Part shown: positions 9,800 through 19,576 of the stretch, in pieces
Layout of the letters: the number at the start of each line of letters is the position of its first letter
How positions within the stretch are numbered: position 1 is the first letter of the stretch
NCBI GenBank assembly: GCA_902825945.1
Contig: CADECY010000005.1
Location: forward strand, 90,557 to 154,556
DNA: 64,000 bases
Direction: 5' to 3'
Origin: an uncultured Acidobacteriota bacterium
Lineage (GTDB): Bacteria > Acidobacteriota > Terriglobia > Bryobacterales > Bryobacteraceae
The notes under the pieces: generated by a model
What the model was told of the DNA's origin: nothing
The model's input: the letters and a program-made list of their open reading frames with translations, nothing else
Database searches by the model: none
Position numbers and translations under genes: made by a program

Positions 9800-10462
9800 A
9801 TGTCCGAAGGACGCGGGAACAACCCGGCCGATGCCGCCGAGCGTGAGCTCGTCGAGGCGGCGCGCCGCGATCCAGCTTCTTTCGCCGGACTCTATCGCCA
9901 CTTCTTCCCGCGCGTGTACAGCTTCATTTCGCGGCGTGTGGCGCGAAGCAGCGACGCCGAGGATCTGACATCGGAGGTCTTCCACGCCGTCCTCAAAGGG
10001 CTGCCGGGGTTCGAATGGCAAGGAGTGCCCTTCTCGGCCTGGATCTTCCGGATCGCGGCCTACACGATCGCCGATCACAGCGCGAGGCTGGCGCGCGAGG
10101 GGTCGATTCCGAATGTCGAGGACATCTCGGCCGAAGAAGTGCGGACCGTCGATGAGGACTGCCGTCTCGGACGCCTGATCTCGATGCTGCCCGCTGATCA
10201 ACAGCCGGTGTTGGAGTCGCGGTTCATCGAAGCGCACAGGCCGCGAAGGCGCGGCTCCAAATGTCCGGGAACACCGCCGTGGGTTCGGCGCCGTAGCGTG
10301 TCCGTTGTGCGCGGTTCCCAAAAAGAGAAGCCGGTGGCCCAAGTGGCCCGCGAATTGGGAAAGAGCGAGGGTGCGGTGCGGCAGTTGCAGTGCCGCGCGC
10401 TCGAATCGTTGCGGACCTGGCTGAACCAACCGGAACCGGAAAGGGGGCGTGACAATGGCTGA
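9800..10462 (+). CDS. ECF-type RNA polymerase sigma factor carrying an in-frame ~31-aa insertion in region 4
   Basis: Region 2 (DAEDLTSEVFHAVLKGL...FSAWIFRIAAYTIADH) and region 4 (LPADQQPVLESRFIE ... KPVAQVARELGKSEGAVRQLQCRALESL). A repeat-derived segment AHRPRRRGSKCPGTPPWVRRRSVSVVRGSQK splits region 4. Confidence 0.85.
   Translation: MSEGRGNNPADAAERELVEAARRDPASFAGLYRHFFPRVYSFISRRVARSSDAEDLTSEVFHAVLKGLPGFEWQGVPFSAWIFRIAAYTIADHSARLAREGSIPNVEDISAEEVRTVDEDCRLGRLISMLPADQQPVLESRFIEAHRPRRRGSKCPGTPPWVRRRSVSVVRGSQKEKPVAQVARELGKSEGAVRQLQCRALESLRTWLNQPEPERGRDNG
10232..10313 (+). repeat. MITE/REP-like small repeat, copy A (inside the sigma factor gene)
   Basis: 10232-10252 is the exact reverse complement of 41381-41401. 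10300-10313 is the exact reverse complement of 41321-41334. 7-bp terminal inverted repeat GCGCACA...TGTGCGC. Weaker similarity continues to about 10330. Confidence 0.6.
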
Positions 10463-11327
10463 TCTCATCGCGGAGTTGCGCCATCAACCGGCTTCCGCCT
10501 TCCGGGCCCGCCTCGAGGAAGAACTGATGAGGAGAGCGATGTCGATGACGGAGACACAACCATACCAGCGGCCAGGCTTGCGATCGCTGACGCCGTACCT
10601 GATTTCCAAGGGCGCGGCCCGGTTGATCGAGTTCCTGAAGGAAGCGTTCGGCGCGGAAGAGATCCTGCGTGTGCCTGCACCTGATGGCACCATCATGCAC
10701 TCCGAACTTCGGATCGGCAATTCGAAGATCGAACTGTCGGATGGCAATGAGGAGCACTTCCCTACCCCGTCCTGCTTGCACCTCTACGTGCCCGACGCGC
10801 ACGCCACCTACGAACGCGTAGCGGCCGCCGGACCGATGTCGACAAAGCCTCCGGTCGAGCAGCCGTACGGCGATCTCGAAGCGGGAATCCAGGATCCGTC
10901 TGGCAACTGGTGGTTCGTCGCGACGCATCGCCTGGAGCCCGGCCGATATCTGCCCAGCGGACTTCGCGATGTGACACCATACCTCATGCCGGCCGACGCC
11001 GAGGCGTTCCTTGCCTTCGTCAAGAGCGCACTCGGTGCAGAGGAAGTCGAGGTCCATCGCGGCGAGGAACGGATCGTGCATGCCAAGGTCCGGCTGGGAG
11101 ATTCGATCCTCGAATTCAGCCAAGCCCACGGCGAATGGCAGCCCACGCCATGCGCACTCCATTACTACGTTCCCGGCGCGGACGCCGTCTATGAGAAGGC
11201 GATCGCGGCCGGCGCCACTTCGATCTTTCCCGTAAGCGATCAGCCGTACGGAGATCGCTCCGGCGGAATCAACGATCCACAGGGCCATCGCTGGTACATC
11301 TCGACTTGGCTCGGCGAGAAGACGTAG
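10455..11327 (+). CDS. VOC (glyoxalase/bleomycin-resistance, PhnB-like) family protein, tandem two-domain
   Basis: Two similar halves (LTPYLISKGAARLIEFLKEAFGAEE...IMHSELRIGNSKIELSD and VTPYLMPADAEAFLAFVKSALGAEE...IVHAKVRLGDSILEFSQ). ATG 10455 with GAAAGGGGG upstream. Overlaps the sigma gene end by 8 nt. Confidence 0.75.
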   Translation: MADLIAELRHQPASAFRARLEEELMRRAMSMTETQPYQRPGLRSLTPYLISKGAARLIEFLKEAFGAEEILRVPAPDGTIMHSELRIGNSKIELSDGNEEHFPTPSCLHLYVPDAHATYERVAAAGPMSTKPPVEQPYGDLEAGIQDPSGNWWFVATHRLEPGRYLPSGLRDVTPYLMPADAEAFLAFVKSALGAEEVEVHRGEERIVHAKVRLGDSILEFSQAHGEWQPTPCALHYYVPGADAVYEKAIAAGATSIFPVSDQPYGDRSGGINDPQGHRWYISTWLGEKT

Positions 11328-11348
11328 CCGCTGGGACGTAAGGGAAGC

Positions 11349-12956
11349 TCAGCGGAACTGGAAGGCGTACAAGTGCGCAGCCCGCATCTTGATCCGCAAC
11401 CGTACCGGCTTACCGCTCAGCGCCGACACGTCGCTCTTGCCGGACCAAGTGACGGTCTTCCGCACAGAGTCGCCGTTCAGCTCATCGGCGTCGAACAGTG
11501 TGAAACCCGGAATCGGTTTGCCGGACTCTTCGATGATCTCGACGCGCGCCGATCCGCCAGCTCCCGCGTCGAGGTTCAGTTCGAGCTTCGATCCGCGGAA
11601 CCGCAGCGGCGGCGTCATGATCCAGCCGCCTTCGTAATCGGCGCGAGCGGACACGAATCCGTCGAGCCGCAGGATCGCGCGACTGATGGCAGTCTGTTTT
11701 TGCGCGCCCGCTTCGACGCGATCGGCATGGTCGCGATTGGAGCCGAGGTAGTAGATCCACAACTCATCGCCGCGCCGCACCGGCTGCGGGAACATCCACA
11801 GCCACTTCGAATCGAACGATCCGTCGGGCCCAGTCCGCAGAAACGCCTCGCGTGCGCCGGGCCGGGTGAAGTGGCGGCCGTCGCGGCTCACCGCCAAGTG
11901 CACGTCGGACGTGCTCGGCCACGCCTCGTGCCGCACGCCGGACCAGTGGTAGAACATCGAGATCCCGGCAATGTAGGCGCCCTCGTAAGGAAACACGCCG
12001 GGGCCGTAGAAGTCGACTGGCGCGGTGGGCGTGAGCACCTGATCCTCGCCTTCCGCAACGGCATCAGCGCCTGCGCGCGCCCGCCGTTGCGGCATCACGT
12101 TTTCGCCTTGCACGCGGATCCGCGTCATGTCGACCATCGGCGCGGGCGCGGAGGCGAGGTCACGCTCGTCGGGGAACAGCGCCATGTAGGCCGAGTCCCA
12201 GTTCAGCATGTTGTCCGACTCGTTGTAGCTCGCCATGCGCGCGCCGAATCCGTCCTTTTCACGAACCCACTCGCGGCTGTATCCGACGTAGCGCTTCACG
12301 CGCGGATCCCAGAACCAGGAAGGTTGTGTATCCGCGGCACGAAGTCCGGTGACGGGCCGTTCCTCGAGCTTCCAGCGCAAGCCGTCGGCCGAGTACCAGA
12401 CACGATGCGGACCCTTGATCGGCGCGCCGGGTTTCGAGTAGTACTTGGTCCACGACTTGTAGCGGCGATCGGGCGGGCAGTCCGGATTCCCGTCGCGCTG
12501 CACCGTGCCGCCGCCGATCACGGCGAGGTTCGGATCGACGGGCAACACGAGATTGTTCTCGCGCGATCCGTTGAACTCCACCAGGCCAAGCACGGGCTTG
12601 CGGAAGCGGATGCCGTCCTCGCTCTCGGCGTAGGCGACCCCGAGGAATGGCGGATTCGTGCCCGGCTTGTAGGCTCCTGCCATGACGTGATACCACATGC
12701 GGACCTTGCCGCCCTCGTCGATCACGGTCGAGTAGCTGCCGAGCGAAGTCTCCGATTCCCACGGCGCATCGGGCACGAGAATTCGCTCGCGAGTCGAGCG
12801 GGCCTGGTGGGCGGTGAGATGAATTCCTTCCGCGGACTCGATGAACTTGTAGTCGATGAGGAGTTGCTTACGATCGGCGACATCGATCGCTTGCGAGAAG
12901 GCACACAGCGCACCCGCGAAGAACGGGAGTGCGCTACGCATGCGGCATGGCCGCAT
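11349..12956 (-). CDS. secreted hypothetical protein, possibly glycoside-hydrolase-like beta-propeller
   Basis: Signal-like MRSALPFFAGALCAFSQA. No motif firmly recognised. The start at 12956 gives an ATGA overlap with the upstream gene (alternative ATG at 12941). Confidence 0.55.
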   Translation of the reverse strand: MRPCRMRSALPFFAGALCAFSQAIDVADRKQLLIDYKFIESAEGIHLTAHQARSTRERILVPDAPWESETSLGSYSTVIDEGGKVRMWYHVMAGAYKPGTNPPFLGVAYAESEDGIRFRKPVLGLVEFNGSRENNLVLPVDPNLAVIGGGTVQRDGNPDCPPDRRYKSWTKYYSKPGAPIKGPHRVWYSADGLRWKLEERPVTGLRAADTQPSWFWDPRVKRYVGYSREWVREKDGFGARMASYNESDNMLNWDSAYMALFPDERDLASAPAPMVDMTRIRVQGENVMPQRRARAGADAVAEGEDQVLTPTAPVDFYGPGVFPYEGAYIAGISMFYHWSGVRHEAWPSTSDVHLAVSRDGRHFTRPGAREAFLRTGPDGSFDSKWLWMFPQPVRRGDELWIYYLGSNRDHADRVEAGAQKQTAISRAILRLDGFVSARADYEGGWIMTPPLRFRGSKLELNLDAGAGGSARVEIIEESGKPIPGFTLFDADELNGDSVRKTVTWSGKSDVSALSGKPVRLRIKMRAAHLYAFQFR

Positions 12957-14269
12957 CAGGCCCTGTAGATCAGCTCGGACATCTTGCGCGAGCCAGTCGG
13001 GAATCCGCCCTGGAGCCGCGCGCCCATGATGTCCTCGGCAACGGTCCAGTAGAGATCGCCGATCGTGCCCGTCGTGCGCGTGTGTTGGCCCATCTGCATG
13101 GGGCCGACGTGGCCGGCGACGATCATCGAGAGCCCGTTGTTCTTGTGGTCGTTGGCTTCGGCATGCTCGTGAACATAGAGCAGACAAGTGTTGTCGAGCA
13201 GCGTACGCTCGCCCTCACGGATGGAGCGGAGCTTGCCGAGCAAGTAGGCGAACTCCTCGACGTGCCAGCGGCAGATGTCGCGCATGATGCGCTGGCCGTC
13301 GGGTCCGTCGGCGCCGGGAGCCTTGCCGTCGCGATGAGTGTAGTCGTGATGGCGAGCGGCGGTGTAGCCGAGCCACGGGAACCGCGACAGGCCCTGACAC
13401 TTGGTCAGCATGTAGGACGCAACTCGCGTCTGGCGAGTGGCGAAGGCATGCGCGATCAGATCCGACTGGAGCTTGGCGATCCGCGGCCAGTCCTTCATGT
13501 CGCCGTCGTACCGAGGTTCATCGACCTTGTAGTATTGCGGCGGCAGGCTCGCGATCGCGCGTTCGAGGTCGCGCACCGAGTCGAGGTGTTCGGTGAGGCG
13601 CTGTTGATCGGTGGTTCCCAGATTCACGCGCATGCTAGCCGCGTCTTGACGAACGGCGTCGAGCACGCTCTTCTTGCGGTCAATCCAACCGATCTCGCGT
13701 TGTCCGAACAGGCGATCGAAGAGCTTGTGCGGAAGCATCTCGGGCGGCAGTGGACGGTCGTATCCGGCCCAGCTCATGTTGCGCTGCACGCTCTCGCCGA
13801 ACGATTCCTGAGACACGCCGATCTGCAGAGAGCGGAACCGCGAATCGGTCCCGATCTTGGCCGCGACCACTTGATCGAGCGATGCGCCACCGGCGCCGCG
13901 GCCAGTGAACTGCGTTCCGCTGATCAGCGCGCTCATCGAGCGGTGATGGTCATTGCCCGGTCCGGGCATGCGCGCGGCGGGCGAGTCGATGCCCGTGATC
14001 ACGTGAATGTCCTTGCGGAACGGCGCGAGCGGCGACAGGCACGGCGTGAGAACGAAGTCTTTGCCCGTTTCCGCCGGAATCCAGTACTTCTCCGGAATGC
14101 CGTTGCCGTTGAACCAGAAGACGAAGCGGCTCTCGACCGGCTTCGAATCGGCGGCCCATGCCGTGCCCTGAGCGTTGAACATCGCTTCGAGCGGCGGCAG
14201 CGCCATCAGCGCTGGCTTCGCGAACGCGAGACCACGGAGGACGGATCGTCGTGTGACCGGTTGGGACAT
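12956..14269 (-). CDS. DUF1552 domain protein with Tat signal
   Basis: [32 protein letters not shown]-terminus and overall sequence typical of the DUF1552 family, which pairs with DUF1592 proteins. Confidence 0.85.
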   Translation of the reverse strand: MSQPVTRRSVLRGLAFAKPALMALPPLEAMFNAQGTAWAADSKPVESRFVFWFNGNGIPEKYWIPAETGKDFVLTPCLSPLAPFRKDIHVITGIDSPAARMPGPGNDHHRSMSALISGTQFTGRGAGGASLDQVVAAKIGTDSRFRSLQIGVSQESFGESVQRNMSWAGYDRPLPPEMLPHKLFDRLFGQREIGWIDRKKSVLDAVRQDAASMRVNLGTTDQQRLTEHLDSVRDLERAIASLPPQYYKVDEPRYDGDMKDWPRIAKLQSDLIAHAFATRQTRVASYMLTKCQGLSRFPWLGYTAARHHDYTHRDGKAPGADGPDGQRIMRDICRWHVEEFAYLLGKLRSIREGERTLLDNTCLLYVHEHAEANDHKNNGLSMIVAGHVGPMQMGQHTRTTGTIGDLYWTVAEDIMGARLQGGFPTGSRKMSELIYRA

Positions 14270-14273
14270 CAGG

Positions 14274-16118
14274 CTACTCCTTGGGCGGAAACTCGGACCA
14301 TTTTACTAAAGAGACCACCATCTCTTGGAAGCGGTATCCGGAAGCGCGGAAATCGTCACTCGCACGCCGGATCACAGCCTTGTCGCCGGGCTCTTCATGA
14401 CGTCCGGAGGCGTAGCGGAAGAACTGCTTCACCACGCATTCCTGGCACTGCGGCGACCCAGCCAGGATCTTGCCGAGTTCGCGCGGCGTACTGAACTCGG
14501 ACTGCTGAATGCCCGTCACCCATCCCGAACTGTTGATCGGCACCATGACGGATTTGGCATTCTGGCGGCGGTTGAAGGTTGGGATCTCGACCCGCATCTG
14601 TTCGCGGAACCCGCCGATACCATCGTACTTCTCGAGACCGTACCCGATCGGATCGATCAACTGGTGGCAGGAAGCACAAGCGGGATTCGCAAGATGCAAC
14701 GCCAGCTGCTCGCGGTTGGTGCGGGGCTTGGCTTCCTCCTGCGCGGGAAGGGTGGTGTTGACTCCGGGAGGAGGTTGCGGGACCTGTTGGCACAGGAAAC
14801 TCTCGCGGATAAAGAGGCCTCGCGCGGTCAGCGATGTTTCCGCGGGCTTCGCCGTCAACGAAAGGAAGGTGCCGTGGCTGAGGACTCCGCCGCGTCCGCT
14901 CGATTCCGGATAGTTCACCTTGGTAAACTCTTCGGCCGGAGTCTGCATGTTGTATAGACCCGCCAGATCCGCGTTGAGGAACGTGTAGTTGGCCGTGTAC
15001 AGTTCCATGAAGTTTCGGTTGTCCCAGATCAGCCCGCTCGCCAGGCGGCGCGTCTCCTCAGTCATCGCGAGCGCAAGCTCACGGGTGAAGTTCGGGAAGG
15101 CACGGCGCTCTTTCACCATCGACACGACCCGGTCGAAGCGCATCCATTGACCGATGAACTCGTCGGCCGCTTGCCGCGCGCGCGGATCGGCGAGAAGACG
15201 GCGCGCGGTCTTTTCGAACCCTTCAGGTGTGTTCAGATCGCCCTTGGCGGCGGCCTGGAACAACGCCTCATCGGGCATCGTATCCCACAGCAGATACGAG
15301 AGGCGCGAGGCCCGCGCGTACGCCTTCAGTTCAGCCTTCGGAGTCGATTCGAGCCAAAACAAGAACGCGGGCGATTGTAACATCCCCTCCATGGCCAGAC
15401 GCATGCCGCCCTTGGCGTAGAGCGCGCCATAGCGCTTCAGTTCTTCGACGGAGAGCGGGCGCCGGAAGGCGCGCCTGCCGAAGCTCGCGACGAAGGACGG
15501 TCCGGGATCCTTCATGCGGACATTGGCCGCGATCTTCTCCGCCGCCTCCGCGTAGGATTCAGCGAGGAGAGGAGAGATGCTCTGCCCCTGGTATTGGTTC
15601 TTGAATCCGTCGATGAAGTCTTCCGGCGGAAATTGCTTGGAGTGGAAGGTGCCATCGCCGGTGAGGTCGCGAATGGTGTTGTCGTATTGAGAATGCGTCA
15701 GCCGGCGCAGGATCGGATGCTGTTCGGCGTGCCGTGCCCGCGCGGTCCGGGCGCCCGCCGCGGGCTCCGTCGTGGCAAGGTGATTGACCCAGGCACGCCA
15801 CGCGGTCTCTTGCGCGGAACCTTTCTTGATGCGCTCCCCGCCCGCGTGTGCTACCCGCAGCGTCGGCTTGGCTAAGGCCAGCGATTGATCGGGATTCGCT
15901 TTGTCAATGAGCTTTCGCAGCGACTCGCCGAACTGATCGATTTCCTCCGCGCTTGCTTGCGGATCGGGCAGGATCAGACGTGTCGTGGAAGCGACGCCGT
16001 TCGATTGGTGACACTCCTGACAGCCCGCTTTCGTCAGGATCGGATAGACGTCTTGCGCGAAACGCGGAGTCTGTGCGGCCAGGAAGGACGCGGCGAGAAA
16101 CCAGGAGACTTTGGTCAT
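14274..16118 (-). CDS. DUF1592/DUF1585/DUF1587/DUF1588/DUF1595-type protein (PSD1-like, cytochrome-c-like Cys motifs)
   Basis: N-terminal signal, then [16 protein letters not shown]-terminal [17 protein letters not shown]. Sits 4 nt upstream of the DUF1552 partner gene. Confidence 0.85.
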   Translation of the reverse strand: MTKVSWFLAASFLAAQTPRFAQDVYPILTKAGCQECHQSNGVASTTRLILPDPQASAEEIDQFGESLRKLIDKANPDQSLALAKPTLRVAHAGGERIKKGSAQETAWRAWVNHLATTEPAAGARTARARHAEQHPILRRLTHSQYDNTIRDLTGDGTFHSKQFPPEDFIDGFKNQYQGQSISPLLAESYAEAAEKIAANVRMKDPGPSFVASFGRRAFRRPLSVEELKRYGALYAKGGMRLAMEGMLQSPAFLFWLESTPKAELKAYARASRLSYLLWDTMPDEALFQAAAKGDLNTPEGFEKTARRLLADPRARQAADEFIGQWMRFDRVVSMVKERRAFPNFTRELALAMTEETRRLASGLIWDNRNFMELYTANYTFLNADLAGLYNMQTPAEEFTKVNYPESSGRGGVLSHGTFLSLTAKPAETSLTARGLFIRESFLCQQVPQPPPGVNTTLPAQEEAKPRTNREQLALHLANPACASCHQLIDPIGYGLEKYDGIGGFREQMRVEIPTFNRRQNAKSVMVPINSSGWVTGIQQSEFSTPRELGKILAGSPQCQECVVKQFFRYASGRHEEPGDKAVIRRASDDFRASGYRFQEMVVSLVKWSEFPPKE

Positions 16119-16169
16119 GCCTCGACTGTCATTTTAGTTCACCGGGGCATCGCGCGGGTCTCGCTGTGC

Positions 16170-17450
16170 CTACCAGGCCTGCATCGCATCTGCGAAGAGC
16201 CCGGCCAGATCCTCGGCGCCCGCCGCGCGCGGCGACAGCTTGGTGACACGGTGCTGGGGCAGCGTACCTTCGACGAGCTTCGGGATGTCGGCCGTGGAAT
16301 AGCCGGCCGCCTTCAGTCCGTTCGGAACGCCGACACGCCGCATGAACCAGGTGATCCGATCGGCGAGCACCTTGCCGGCATCGGACGCGCTCACTCCTTC
16401 GACCTTGGCTCCCAACGCAGCGGCGGCCTGGAGGTGGCGTTCCGGATTCGCGACAGCCGTGAAGCGGAACACCGCGGGGGCGTTCAGGATCACCGACACT
16501 CCGTGCGGCACCATCGGGTGATCGACCACGTAGCCCGGCATCCGGAAAGTCTTCACCATTCCGCTCACCGGATACGACATGCCGTGTGGTAAGTGGCAGC
16601 CCGCGTTGCCAAAGCCGACACCGGCGAACGAAGACGCGAGGATCATGTTTTGGCGTGCTTCCCGATCCGTGGGATCGTCATAGACGCGCGGCAGGTATTC
16701 GGCCACCATGCGCAGCGCCTGCAGAGACCAGACGTCGCTGATGGGATTCGAGCCTTGATAGGCCGGCCGCAGCATCGGGCGATCGGGCAGCGGACGCGTG
16801 TCGTACGGAATCGCGGTGAAGGATTCGATCGCGTGGCTCAACACATCGAGTCCGGCCGAGGCGGCTACCTGCGGCGGCAGAGTCTCGGTGTTTTCCGGAT
16901 CCAGATAACCGAGCGTGGGCCGCAGACGCCGATTCGCGATTCCGGTCTTGGCGTGCATCGCGCTCATGTCGAAGATCGCGACGCCGGTGGTTTCGCTGCC
17001 CGTACCCGCAGTGGTCGGCACCGCGAACAGCGGCTTCAGCGGACCCGGCACGGGCTTGCCCTTGCCGATCGGCGGATTGACGTAGTCGAGGAAGTCCTCC
17101 GGCGGATAGGCGACATAGAGGTTCACGGCCTTCGCGGTGTCGAGCGCCGAACCTCCGCCCACGGCAATGATCGCGTCGAACTCCTGGTTCGAGGCGAAGG
17201 CGATCGCATGCTTCCAGGATTCGTCCGTCGGCTCCACACGCACCTGATCGTAGAGCGCATACTCGATTCCGTTATCACGGAGCGATTCGAGGACCGTGGC
17301 CGCCGGCCGCATGCGGGCGACCCAGGGATCGGTGATGACGAGCGCGCGGCGCAGCCCGTGATCGGCGAGGTCGAGCCCGATCTCGCGCGTCACGCCCCAA
17401 CCGAAGCGCACGCTGGAGGTGGCCATCTCGAAAGCAAAATCAGTCGGCAT
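16170..17450 (-). CDS. iron-containing alcohol dehydrogenase (hydroxyacid-oxoacid transhydrogenase-like)
   Basis: AVGGGSALDTAKA nucleotide-binding motif. His-rich metal site GCHLPHGMSYPVSG...HPMVPHG. Confidence 0.9.
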   Translation of the reverse strand: MPTDFAFEMATSSVRFGWGVTREIGLDLADHGLRRALVITDPWVARMRPAATVLESLRDNGIEYALYDQVRVEPTDESWKHAIAFASNQEFDAIIAVGGGSALDTAKAVNLYVAYPPEDFLDYVNPPIGKGKPVPGPLKPLFAVPTTAGTGSETTGVAIFDMSAMHAKTGIANRRLRPTLGYLDPENTETLPPQVAASAGLDVLSHAIESFTAIPYDTRPLPDRPMLRPAYQGSNPISDVWSLQALRMVAEYLPRVYDDPTDREARQNMILASSFAGVGFGNAGCHLPHGMSYPVSGMVKTFRMPGYVVDHPMVPHGVSVILNAPAVFRFTAVANPERHLQAAAALGAKVEGVSASDAGKVLADRITWFMRRVGVPNGLKAAGYSTADIPKLVEGTLPQHRVTKLSPRAAGAEDLAGLFADAMQAW

Positions 17451-17540
17451 AAAGGGCTATTATAGAGATGGAAGCCATGGAGATCCTAGCGTTCATCGCG
17501 GTTTTCGCCGTCATGTTCCTCATCACTCGCTTCAGCGGCG

Positions 17541-18461
17541 GTGGTTGAGGGCCCTCCTGGCCGGGCCGTGGGTCCGGCGGTTGCAAGTAGACGGCTAGCC
17601 GTGTTCCGGATTTTCGCCGAGCCTGCGTCGAGCATCCTCAGCAAGACGAGCGGATTCATCGCCGAGGCGGGCTTTTCGCACTCGCTCACTCCGGCGCGCA
17701 ACTGCACGTTCGGCTGCACGTATTGCTACGTGCCCACGATGCGGATCTACGCGGGTCTGAAACCGGCCGACTGGGCGAGCTGGGGACAGTTCACTACCTT
17801 CAAACAAAACGCGGCCGATTTGTTGCGGCGGGCGATTCGCGGCGGCGAGTCGGTCTATTGCTCTCCTCTCGTCGATCCGTATCAACCGGTCGAAGAGCAG
17901 CAGCGGCTGATGCCCGCGATTCTCGAGGTGATCGCCGCACGTCCGCCGCGCGTGTTCACGATTCAGACGCGTGGTCCGCTGATCCTGCGCGATCTCGACC
18001 TGCTCCGGCGCGCCGCTGAGCGGACCGATCTGCGGGTGAGCTTTTCGCTGACGACGAATCGCGAACAGGTCCGGCGCTGGTATGAACCGCACTGCGCCCC
18101 GTTCGAGGAGAGACTCGAGGTGATCCGGGCTTTGCGCGCGGCCGGTATCCGGACCTTCGCGACGCTCGCACCGATTCTGCCGTGCGATCCGGAGGAGTTC
18201 GCCGCAGCGGCGCTCGAAGCAACGGCGGAGAACCTGATCGGCGACCCGTTCCACAACAGGAGGTCGAAGCCGCATGGAGCGACCACGCGCGAGCAGGCCG
18301 AGCGGGTGAGCGGCGTGCGTGGTTTCGAGCAATGGCATGATCCCGCGTTCCAGGCGGAAGTGGTGGCGCGGATCGCCGGGGTGGCGCGCTCGCGGGGCCG
18401 CCAGTTCGGAATCGGACCCGCGGGTTTCCGTTGGCTGGCCTGTTCAGCGGAAAATAGATAG
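17541..18461 (+). CDS. radical SAM protein (SplB/COG1533 DNA-photolyase-like family)
   Basis: CTFGCTYCY (CX3CX2C) about 55 aa from the start, with a family-like layout afterwards. The exact start is uncertain. Confidence 0.8.
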   Translation: MVEGPPGRAVGPAVASRRLAVFRIFAEPASSILSKTSGFIAEAGFSHSLTPARNCTFGCTYCYVPTMRIYAGLKPADWASWGQFTTFKQNAADLLRRAIRGGESVYCSPLVDPYQPVEEQQRLMPAILEVIAARPPRVFTIQTRGPLILRDLDLLRRAAERTDLRVSFSLTTNREQVRRWYEPHCAPFEERLEVIRALRAAGIRTFATLAPILPCDPEEFAAAALEATAENLIGDPFHNRRSKPHGATTREQAERVSGVRGFEQWHDPAFQAEVVARIAGVARSRGRQFGIGPAGFRWLACSAENR

Positions 18462-18486
18462 CTTGAGCGTCTACACCTGTTTCGAC

Positions 18487-19233
18487 ATGATTCCGGACTG
18501 CCGGGCCAACCAGGCCCGCGGTTGGCAGTACTTCGTGGAGATCTTCGTTCCACCGCTGCGCTGGCTGGTGAACCGGTACGGAGGAGACGAGACGGCCCTG
18601 CGGCAACTCCTGCAAGGCCTGAAACCGTTTCCCGATTTCGAGCCGATGGTCGAACGCGAGTTCGTAACCGCACTGCGTCCGCGCGTGGTGGCGGTGACCG
18701 GATGGAAAGGCGGACTCGCGGAAACGCTCGATCTCGAAGCCTTCAACGCGGGCACGGCTGAACTCACGCTGCTCGAACGGCAACTGACTTGGTTCGAAAC
18801 TCTTGGCTATGATGACGCGGACGCAGGCCGGCTGTGCCGCGTCTCGACCGAGACGGCACGCAAGTCCCGCGACCGCGCGGCGGAGATGCTGCGGACGAGT
18901 CTCGACTCGTGGACCGCGGACATCGTCGCGGCGAACGGGCAGATCCTCGCCGATCAAGCCCGCGCGCATGTTCCCGCGGAACCGCAGCCGTTCCGCCATT
19001 ACGTCGACGTGATCGACGGGCGGATGACGTGGCAGAATCGGGTGGGCGTGGACCGGTCGCTCGGCGAGAGTTGGTACGAAGTGGACCATTTCTGCCGAGT
19101 CCGGGAGGCTGACGCGGCGATGCGGGAGACGAAACCGTTCGAGATGGAGAGCGAGGAGGCCGCGCCGTTCCTGGATCTGTTCGGAGTGAAGGCGCCGAAG
19201 CCGCCCTTATGGAAGCGGCTTCTGGTGAAGTAG
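18487..19233 (+). CDS. hypothetical protein with sigma-70 region-4-like helix-turn-helix
   Basis: LTLLERQLTWFETLGYDDADAGRLCRVSTETARKSRDRAAEMLRTSL resembles sigma region 4. Alternative TTG start at 18463, directly after the radical SAM stop. Confidence 0.5.
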   Translation: MIPDCRANQARGWQYFVEIFVPPLRWLVNRYGGDETALRQLLQGLKPFPDFEPMVEREFVTALRPRVVAVTGWKGGLAETLDLEAFNAGTAELTLLERQLTWFETLGYDDADAGRLCRVSTETARKSRDRAAEMLRTSLDSWTADIVAANGQILADQARAHVPAEPQPFRHYVDVIDGRMTWQNRVGVDRSLGESWYEVDHFCRVREADAAMRETKPFEMESEEAAPFLDLFGVKAPKPPLWKRLLVK

Positions 19234-19576
19234 CTCGCTCCCGAGCCGACTTGGGTTCGCTTCCTAACCTGCCACTCGAGTGAGGGACTGCCGCCTCACA
19301 TGATCGTCACTGGGTGCCCATCCGCCGGATGACCGCCGGCGAACATGCGGTGCGCCACGCAGCGGAAGCGCACCTTCTCACCGGCTCGGAGCAGGCCCTT
19401 CAATTCAAGTGCTCTGTAATCGTGAATTGGATCTACCCAGAACGATCCGGGGATTTGGACCACACCGTGGAGGCGACGACGCCAGCGCGAACAGTTCATC
19501 GCGCCGTCCTAATCAAGAGCGTAAGGTATGTCCCGGCCCATGGCGCGAGCGTGCTGGGAGACGCAGGCGTCGTTGG

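Noticed and set aside
19296-19499. 67-aa minus-strand ORF downstream of the formyltransferase fusion gene
   Set aside because: It has no recognisable motif, no convincing RBS and odd composition. There is not enough support to call it a gene.
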